Source: the human T2T-CHM13v2.0 reference genome, Homo sapiens. Taken from it: 64,000 nucleotides of DNA. The translations under genes and the position numbers were made by a program. The notes under the pieces were generated by a model that worked only from the letters and a program-made list of their open reading frames with translations, searched no databases and was not told where the DNA came from. Where the stretch lies: the NCBI RefSeq assembly GCF_009914755.1, contig NC_060929.1, one strand, 5' to 3'. Shown in pieces: positions 54,801-64,000 of this stretch (the first letter of the stretch is position 1; each line of letters opens with the position of its first letter).

Positions 54801-56200
54801 AAATTAGCAAGTTACTTACAAAGAATATACAATTCAAGATATGTCAACAAATACTCAACAGTGTTATCCAAAAATAATTGATCTTGTTCTCAATTGGACA
54901 TTTCATGGCTTTGGTGAGGAAGACAGATCAAGAATCCATGCTAACAACAGTAAATTTAATGTAGAATACAGAGGAGACATGAAAACTTATCCATGAATGC
55001 TGTTGAATCCAGAAAAGGCTCACATTACTAACACCCAGTAATAAAATTACACTGTTTGGAAAATATGGCCAAAATAAAGTTATAATATTATTCTTTGATT
55101 ATCATGATAACTTAATCATAATTGACTTTTTTTTTTTCTGAAACCTATCTAGTTCCATTTCTCTTGGAAATTCATAGGTTTTTAAAATATCAAAGTAATA
55201 TATATTGATTATGGCAAAATTAGAATGTAACAATGGTCAAACAAAATTAAAATTGATATAGCACAACCTAAGGTACAAAGAGTAAATGCTTGGTACATAC
55301 CCACCTATAGTACTATACACCAAAATCTGCACACATACATCTGTACACACATATAGACAAAATGCGAGCATAGTGTCTATATTATTTTGTACCATATATT
55401 TAATGTCACATCATGTTAGGTAATTCTTCAATACTAGTTAATTGACTTAAATATAGGAATAACATTTTCATAGCATTCCATTAAAAAGGCTTGGGTCAAT
55501 CATTTAATTTTCCTATATTGATCAACACTGGTCCACTGTTTAGCTTGGAAAGATTATATTGTGAGAAGGATGGCAAAATATATATAAAATTAGGGGAAGT
55601 TTCTTTCTAAAGGCCTCTGTATTTCTGGGTTAAGTCTAATTGTTCTTGCATATCTAAGAGCATGTTTACAATGTCCATTTGTCATTCAGCAGCAACTAAG
55701 AACAATATTTATGTAGGTTTACTTAGAACAATTCTTAGTATAAATATTCCACAGTCTTAGCAGAGTTCTTATTTTACCCAAAAACCTAATGATTTTTATG
55801 ATTTTACTTTTCTTACTTTTAAAAGAGAAATATTTCTTAAAAATTTGAGTGTGCTTTTTAAATTATTAATATCTAAGTGTACTTTAGGAAAGCAACCTCA
55901 ATAATAGATCCCGACAGCATGTCTCTGGGTACTAAGTTAGTGCTTTCCTTTCAGATAAAGAAAATGAAAAATATTGATTCTTTGAAGTCATGTCAGTGTA
56001 GGAAAGGTCAGATATTGACCCTTTGTAGTTTAAAACTTTTTATTTTTTGTCTGCAGATGGCTTTTTCCTGTAAATACCTATTTATAGGAAATAATCCATT
56101 TACAAATTTTCCACTTCAGTTATGAACTCTTACGTAAAATAAGCCCCAGGCTCAATAAGCTTTACATAGTGTTATTAAAAACTATCTGTTGCACTTTAAC

Positions 56201-56372
56201 CATATATATATTATATATATCATATATCATGGACATATCATATATGATATATATATCATATAATATATATACATTTATATGTATATATACATTATATATG
56301 TATATATCATATATAAACTATATATCATATATATTTATCAGTTTACATATATATCAGTTTTTATATATATAT
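56201..56372. repeat. Imperfect (TA)n AT-rich tract
   Basis: Seen directly. Confidence 0.9.
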
Positions 56373-57184
56373 GAGTTTAAAAAGTAAGATATCAAAAAGT
56401 AGACACAATAAAATCAGGAGTGACTGAAATTTTGATTTAACATTAAATCATTGCCAAATAATTCTAATACTTTCTACAATTATACGTTTGTACTCAATAA
56501 AAGAGTGGCAATCTTTGGTTTTTGTTGTTATTATATTCACATTTCAAAGGATTCTTTTGGTTAGCCCCAGATAAAAATGTTCCAAGTCAAAGTTTCATTT
56601 CAGTGATTGGAGAGTCCTTTTCTTTGACAAGTAATGTCTCTTTTAGACCGTCTAACTTTTTTGATATCTTTTAAATACTATTGTGCATCACGAACTCCTT
56701 CTGATGTGGTTGATTAACCTGAAGAGAAAATCATCTTGGGTTGTGGCCCATTTCAGAATGATCTGTTGTGACTTCCTTCTGAGATCCACATGTAGTCCAT
56801 GGAAAAATATACGTCTTAGTTCTGCTCCCACTATTCTGCTCTCACAGTCCACTCCAGAAAAATCTCTAGTCTGTATATTTTTCAGGTGTGAATCAAATAC
56901 CACTCACCTATGATCTTCAAAGCACAAGGGAAATATGTTAAGCTTTCTAACGGGCCATTCACTTGGCTTGGTTGGAGGAAGAGAAAGATATTGTCATAAT
57001 ATTCCAGCAGCATTCTTCAAATCCTATTTTTCTCAGACCATTTCAACACACTAAACACTGTATACCCTTGAGGGAGGTAATGGGCTAAGGTTTGCAATAA
57101 TGCTAGATTCAGATATTTTTATTCCATATTCTACCTAAATTTCTATATATGCTATACCAGTTACTCTTCATGTATTTCAGTTAA

Positions 57185-57655
57185 TGTATTACTAATTTAT
57201 TACAGCATCACAAATTACCTGATGATATAGCTGTTTAAAACAATAAACATGTATTTTCTTTCAGTGAGTGAGGATGAGGGATTTTGGCATGGTTGAACTG
57301 AATTCCCTGGCTTAAGGTTTCTCATGAGGTTCCAACTACGGAGTTGGCTGGGACTATAGTCATATCAATGATTTCCTGCTGGGGGATCTTCCAAGCTGAT
57401 TCACATGCTTTCTGGCAGTCCTCAGATTCTCACTGGCTGTTGTTTATACTTCTATATACAGTATCTGATAAAATGGCAGATGCCTGACCTCTGAGCAAGA
57501 AAGATAGGTAGCAAGAGAACTGACATCCTATTACTTTTGTCATATAGTATTCATTAGAAGTGAGTCACTAGGTCTAGCTCTAACAAAAGTCAAGAGTATT
57601 AGACAAACTCATGAACATCAGGAGATAGGGCCATTTCTTAATGTTTACTACCACA
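57185..57655 (-). mobile_element. MLT1F-like LTR
   Basis: 'ctggcttaaggtttctcatgaggtt...ttggctgggactatagtcat...ttagaagtgagtcactaggtctagc...ctaccaca'. Confidence 0.75.
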
Positions 57656-58047
57656 GTTAGTCATTTATCATCGTTCAGTCTTCAAACAGTAATTATATAT
57701 TTTTATACACCAATGGTCAATTTTTAGAGCACTAAGACCTGTGATTACTCCCTGGGGATACAAAGTTGCACGCTATCTGCCTTAGAATTCTACCTAGAAT
57801 TTAGATATTGAATGTTTCACTCTTCTCCATGTAAATGAGGATATGTGAGATACCCGAAGGCAAAGTAGAAAGTCTTCCCATTAAAATTTAACTTAGATAA
57901 ACAGCTTGTCATTTGTGATGCAGAAATTGCATTAAAGAATTTGATGCTCTTGAACAACATGTTAAAGTCATTTGCTTGTTTATAATATTTCAATTGTCCA
58001 ATAAGGAATTAAAACGAAACAAAATTTAAAAATATATAAATGTTTTG

Positions 58048-58555
58048 TGTATCAGTTTTTTATTGCTGCTGTAACAAATTACCACAAATGAAGTAGCTTT
58101 ATATACAACGAATTACTAACTTACTTCTGGAGGTCAGAAGTTCAAAATGAGTCTCATTGGGCTAATATCAAAGGATTATTAGGGCTATATTCCTCTTTGG
58201 AGACTAGTCTCAATTTTTTTTTTTAATTTTGTTTTTTTTTTTTTTCTTTCAGCTCTTAAGAGTTGCTTGCATTTGTTTGCTTGTGGTCCTCTTCCATCAT
58301 AAAAGCCAGCAATGGTTGGTTGAGTCTTACTCTGACACTGACCCCTGTAAATTTCTCTTTGGTATATAAGGCCCCTTGTGATTACATTGGGTCTTCCTGG
58401 ATAATACAGGATAATCTCATAACAAGGTCAGATGACTAGCAAACTTAAATCCACCTGCAACCTTAATTCTTTCTTGTCATGTGACGTAACATATTAATAG
58501 ATTCTGGGAATGAAAATGTGAACAAATTTGCAGGGCTAGTATTCTGTCTACCATA
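58048..58555 (-). mobile_element. MLT1D-like LTR
   Basis: 'tgtatcagttttttattgctgctgtaacaaattaccacaaa...ccacctgcaaccttaattc...ttctgtctaccata'. Confidence 0.85.
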
Positions 58556-59199
58556 TTTTGAAACGTAGGATTTAATTGATGCAAGCTTGGTATACATTTT
58601 CAATGTACATCATATATGGTGTGATTCTTTTAGCAACTGCAGAGCTGATCCATGTTTACTTATTAAATAAATAAATAAATAAACATATATGTGTCAGCTC
58701 AAGTTCTTATAGCTGTTATACAAAGCCAAGGAGGTTTAGTCTCCTTAGCCAAGAGAAGTGAAATACAACTACCTCACACTTTTATTTGAAAGCCCTGGTG
58801 ACTTGGAACCTTTTGATTGCATCTTCTTTGTTGATTTTCATACCCCAAGTATATTTCCTTCATTTTTTATTCTTAAATTACAGTAGATAGCATGTGAAAA
58901 TATATGAAGGAAAATAATGAGACCAGAGAGACTATTAAACTGGTAGCAACGGGAAGAATCAAAAGAGTGATACTTGACAAGCTAAATCTCTATTATGGAG
59001 GAGCATTAATGTAGTGAATAAAGGACACTGTTTACCTTCTTTATGAGAAGATCACCAGTCTCCATTTTTCTATTGGTCCTGATGATATGGATTCTGTTCT
59101 TTATAGCTTCAAGGATTTCAGTTATCTGAATGTGTTGCAATGCAATCTGAAAAGGTCCATTAAGTAAACTCCCTATTATCTGCCCCCTATTTTTAAGTT

Positions 59200-60295
59200 T
59201 ATGTTACCTATTTCAGTGAATGCCTTCACACACAGTTTCTAAAAACGTGAACTCATCTCTGGCTTTTTATTCTTCCTCATCTTCCAACTTAAAACTTTCA
59301 AATCCTGTCAATTCCACCCCTTCACCTCCATCCTCACTTCCAGAACATACCTCAGGCCTCCTTGGCACACACCTCCTTATTTTCTGCTTCTTCTGCTTTC
59401 CATTTATCTTTTATATTTTTTCATAAATACATTTTCAAAACTCATATATGATTGTAATAGTGGCCTACTTTATTTATGACACTCTGTTTACAAGACAACA
59501 AATTATGAACTCCTGAGTCTTCCATTCAGGACCTTTAATAATTTGGCTTGAGGCAGTATTTTCAGACTCATTTGCAATTGCACCTCGTTATATATCCAGT
59601 ATCTTAATCCACCTGGCTTATCTGTAGTTTATACCACATGCACGCCTACTTTTGGATCTTTATTCAAGGCTGCTATTAGGCATGTCCCTTTTCTCTGCTA
59701 CATTTTAGGTTTCTATAATTACCCAAGCAAACTGGGAATTCTCCTTAGCTTCCCTCACCACACCCCAACCCAATGTAAGTGAAATCAAACTCTGTACTAC
59801 CACTGTCCCCTAAATTTTATTTTGAAATCTCTAGTGTAACAGTAGTCCCTTCCTTCCTTTCTTCCTTCCTTCCTTCCCTCCCTCCCTCTCTCCCTCTCTC
59901 CCTCCCTTCCTCACCAGTTTGGCCAGAAAGTGTTTATGTTACAATTAAACCATCATTGACTAGAGACTGTTCATTTAAATTTAGGTGATGCCCTATGTCT
60001 ATTCACAGTGTATGTAGATATTTAAAATTACCCTCAGCTTGGGAGAAAAGGACATTGAGTAGTGGGAAAAAGTCTCACCCACAGCTGTTATACAAATGTA
60101 CAGACCAATATCTGGAGAAGATAGCATGTTTTCAAATATTTTCATCTCTTTGTCAGTCTCCACCAAATAGACCCTCAGGGGCTCTCACTGTCGTTTGGAT
60201 GAACACTCTCCTGAAGGCTTGGAGACATCTAGAGTATGAGTTAGCCACTCACTGCAGATTTAATAAATGTACAAATAAATGAGTTTGAATGAAAA
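59200..60295 (+). mobile_element. L2 fragments, degraded, with a CT microsatellite at ~59848-59912
   Basis: L2-like pyrimidine-rich blocks and terminal 'taataaatgt...aatgagtttgaatgaa'. Confidence 0.45.
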
Positions 60296-60970
60296 ATAAA
60301 ACACCTCAATCTGACTGTTCTTTTTTGCTTTTCTCCCAGATGTGCACTGACCCATTACTTACAACAAACTTAGACTATAAATTCTCGCATTTATGTATGC
60401 TTTGAGTTCTGTGAGTCAGACTTTGCCTGAATAATTTTAAGAGTCTCTTGGGGGTTAAAAGAGATGAAAAATTACATGTTCTTCTGGAGACTAGTATTGT
60501 ATCAGTTATTATTACTGGACTTCATTCTCCTGATACCAGTCCCTCCCCTGTGACCATTTTTATTACACAATTGTTATTATTTAACTTTCTGAGTACTAAG
60601 TGTGTGCTATGGTGTAGTACATGACACAAATAAGACATTATTCCTTCTCAGGGTTTGCAATGTAAATAATCAAGTTCAATATTTAGTAATTAGTGTTCTT
60701 TTATGCATACACATGCAAGTACACACACTACACAAATACATATAAGTACAAATATATATGTATCTATACCAATACATCAAATAATTGCCAACTCATACAC
60801 TACTTCTCTGCCTAAAAAGGACAATTTTTTTAAAAAAGCATATATGGCAAGTATTTAATAGCAATTTTAAATCATAGAAACTATTTTTCTATTTCTATTT
60901 TGTATACAGAATTCAAACTAATTAAAGAATTTCATGATTTTTCCCTATAGATGGGCTTTGGCACTACTAT

Positions 60971-62494
60971 CGTGTCCGAAATTGGTGAGTTCTTGATCTG
61001 ACTGACTTCAAGAATGAAGACGTGGACCCTCGCGGTGAGTGTTGCAGTTCTTAAAGATGGTGTGTCCGGAGTTTGTTCCTTTTGATGTTAGGATGTGTTC
61101 GGAGTTTCTTCCTTCTGGTGGGTTCGTGGTCTGGCTGGCTTCAGGAGTGAAGCTGCAGACCTTCGCGGTGAGTGTTACAGCTCTTAAGGCAGCACATCTA
61201 GAGTTCTTCCTTCCTCCTGTCTGGAGTTGTTCATTCCTCCTGGTGGGTTCGTGGTCTCGCTGGCCTCAGGAGTGAAGCTGCAGACCTTTGCAGTGAGTGT
61301 TGCAGCTCATAAAGGCAGTGCGGACCCAAAGAGTGAGCAGCAAGATTTATTGCAAAGAGCGAAAGAACAAACCTTCCACAGTGTGGAAGGGGACCCAAGG
61401 GGGTTGCTGCTGCTGGCTCTGGCAGCCTGCTTTTATTGCCATATCTGACCCCACCCATATCCTGCTGATTGGCCCATTTTACAGAGAGCTGATTGGTCCG
61501 TTTTGACAGGGTGCTGATTGGTGCGTTTACAATCCCTGAGCTAGACACAGAGTGCTAATTGGTGTATTTACAATCCTCTAGCTAGATGTAAAATTTCTCC
61601 AAGTCCCCACTAGATTAGCTAGACACAGCACTGATTGGTGCGTTTACAAACCTTTAGCTAGGCACAGAGTGCTGATTGGTGCATCCATGAACCCCGAGCT
61701 AGACACAGAGTGCTGATTGGTGCATTTATGATCCTTTAGCTAGACAGGAAAGTTCTCCAAGTCCCCACCAGATTAGCTAGAAACAGAGTGCTGATTGGTG
61801 CATCCACAAACCCCGAGCTAGACACAGAGTGCTGATTGGCGCATATACAATCCTCCACCTAGACATAAAAGTTCTCCAAGTCCCCACCAGACTCAGGAGT
61901 CCAGCTGGCTTTGCCTCGTGGATCCCGTGGGGGGCCGCAGGTGGAGCTGCCCACCAGTCCTGCGCCACGTGCCCCGTGCTCCTCAGGCCTTGGGCAGTCA
62001 AAGGGACCGGATGCCGTGGAGCAGGGGGCGATGCCCGTTGGGGAGGCTCTGGCCCGTTTGGGGAGCCCACTGTGGGGGATCTTGGGCATGGCAGGCTGCA
62101 TGTCGGAGCCTTGCCCCGCGGGGAGGCAGCTGAGGCCCCGCGAGAATTTGAGCGCGGCGTGGGCGGGTCTGCAGTGCTGGGGGACTGGGCGCCCTCTCCG
62201 CAGCTGCTGGCCCGGGTGCTAAGCCCTTCACTGCTCGGGGCTGGCTGTGCTGGCCTGCCGCTTGAGCCAACGCCCACCTGGAACTCCCGCTGGCCCACAA
62301 GCACCCTGTGCGCACCTCTCCCTCCACACCTCCCGGCAAGCAGAGGTAGCTGGCTCCAGCCTCAGCCAGCCCAGAGAGGGGCTCCCACAGTGCAGCAGCT
62401 GGCTGAAGGGCTCCTCAAGCGTGGCCAGAGTGGACACTGAGGCTGAGGAGGTGCTGAGCGCCAGCGAGGGCTGCCAGCACATTGTCACCTCTCA
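60971..62494 (-). mobile_element. LTR12 (ERV9; LTR12C/D/E class) solo LTR, 1524 bp
   Basis: Ends 'cgtgtccgaaattggtg' and 'ttgtcacctctca'; U5 repeats, CCAAT tandem array, GC-rich U3; TSD ctat/ctac. Confidence 0.97.
61400..61850 (-). promoter_or_regulatory. LTR12 promoter/enhancer: 9 CCAAT (NF-Y) boxes and AATAAAA TATA-like box
   Basis: Nine ATTGG occurrences in 61465-61840 on +; ttttatt at 61431-61437; predicted leftward start near 61405. Confidence 0.75.
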
Positions 62495-63399
62495 CTACCA
62501 CATATTACCCAAATGCCTCATCTATTGAACAGCCTCCTCTGATAGTTTAAAACTAGAAGAATCCTCACATGGACAACACAAAGGCTTTAGCAGATAATTG
62601 AAGTGGAGGCATAAACTAATATACATGAATTTCATAGAATTTAGATCTAGATTAAATGTCTATCAAGGCTGTTAGAGGAAGAGTATTTGTATAATCATTT
62701 AATAGACCAAGAAAATACACCATTTGGTAGAGCTTTTACACATTAACTGGCTAGTACAGGAGCTCATGTGAGGTGTATGTGCCCAAAGGCATGCTTTATT
62801 TTCATGGTAATTAGTAAGGTCAAATGGACTTTATTAAAACTAGTCTAAATGTGAGGCAAGCAAAGAGAAGTAGTAGGCTGTATGGTTATAAGAGCAGACA
62901 GAGACAGAAAGAAGTTAAGTCACCAGACGGGCAATCACAGAGCCAGATACTTGGCTTTATCTGACAATAGTTTCCTGAACTAAGACCCAGTCCTGCCTGA
63001 GGCCCAAACTAAGACCTGGTCCTGTGACTGCAGAGACACTGTGCTCTGCTGCCCTAATTCCACCGTAAGTTTGTGTCATATGTCCTCAATACTTAAGATA
63101 ATTTTAAAAATGTCTCTACTGTTCACAGCATAAGAATCCCAAGGAAGGAAAGGTGAGAAGTAGAGAAGGAGGGAGAAAAAATAAAAGGAAGAGGGGGAAA
63201 GATGGAGGCAGGGAGGGAGAGACAGTGGATGTAAGCAGGTAAGATGGGATATTAGAGTATCTGGAGGATCCATCAAAGGGAATGAGGGTGTAAGATTATA
63301 ACATGGAAATGCAGATTTATTTTAATTACACAAGTAATTTTGAGCATACTCATTATAAAATTTTGAAATTAATAAAAATAGTCTTCAAGATATTTTAAA

Positions 63400-64000
63400 T
63401 AAACTTTATTTTTTAGAGCAGTTTTAGGTTCACAGTAAAATTGAACACAAAGTCCAAAGAGTTTCTACAAATCCCCATCCACATACATGCATATCCTCTC
63501 TCATTGTCAACATCCTGTAGCAGAATGGTAAATTTGTTACAATCATGAAACTACAATGACTTGTCTTGTCTTGTTGAGGATGTTTGCATATACACTCATG
63601 TGAGACATTGGTATGTAGTTTTCTTTTATTTTAATATTGTGCTGTTTTAATACTAGTCTCATTGAATGAGTTAAGAAGTATGCCCCCGATTCTGTCTTCT
63701 GAAAAAGATCTTAAAGAATTGTTATAATATTTTTCATAAATGTTTTGTAGATTTCACAAGTGGACCCATCTGGGACTGGTACTGTCTATTTAGGAAGGTT
63801 ATTAATTATCGATAGTATTTCTTTAATGCATATGAGTTATTCTGACTGGCTATTTCTTCTTGTGTGAATTTTCGCAAATTAGGTTTTCCAGGCAATTTTT
63901 TTTCCATTTCATCTAGGTTATTAAACGTGTGGCTATAAAGTTGTTTATGTTATTTCTTTATTATTCTTTTGATGTCATGGAATCTATATCGGTGTCACCT
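63400..64000 (-). mobile_element. L1MC-like: 3' terminus (~63400-63560) joined to ORF2 RT-region sequence (~63570-64000)
   Basis: 'tttattttttagagcagttttaggttcacag' 3' end, then 'ttgttgaggatgtttgcat...gaatgagttaagaagta...ccatttcatctaggtta'. Confidence 0.8.

Noticed and set aside
61490-61890. Periodic 'gctgattggtg...gctagacacaga' array resembling CRISPR
   Set aside because: These are the known ERV9/LTR12 enhancer tandem repeats; the spacers are not unique and the DNA is eukaryotic.
61777-62528. Overlapping 70-200 aa ORFs on both strands
   Set aside because: They lie in the GC-rich U3 of LTR12, where stop codons are rare for compositional reasons.

Overview
AT-rich, CpG-poor primate DNA, probably human or another great ape, judging from Alu J/S, L1PA3/4-like, THE1, MST and LTR12 repeats. 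I find no recognisable cellular protein-coding gene, tRNA or rRNA. Most ORFs in the track are repeat-derived or chance. The recognisable protein remnants are an L1 ORF2 C-terminus, an ERV-L integrase, a Tc2/Kanga transposase tail and MaLR internal ORFs. The window is a transposon mosaic: two full-length MaLR proviruses (MSTB-like, THE1C-like), a 1.5-kb LTR12 solo LTR, nine Alus, several L1s, MIR/L2, HAL1 and DNA transposons. The most notable structures are an L1 3' transduction nested in a MER30, an L1 with a tiny long-range 5' inversion, a diverged ~360-bp local duplication whose second copy has gained a hairpin, an inverted duplication beside an Alu, a non-repeat CpG cluster, and candidate spliced exons. 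Repeat names come from recalled consensus sequences, not a search, so subfamily calls and boundaries are approximate. I see no evidence for a wholly new multi-gene system.
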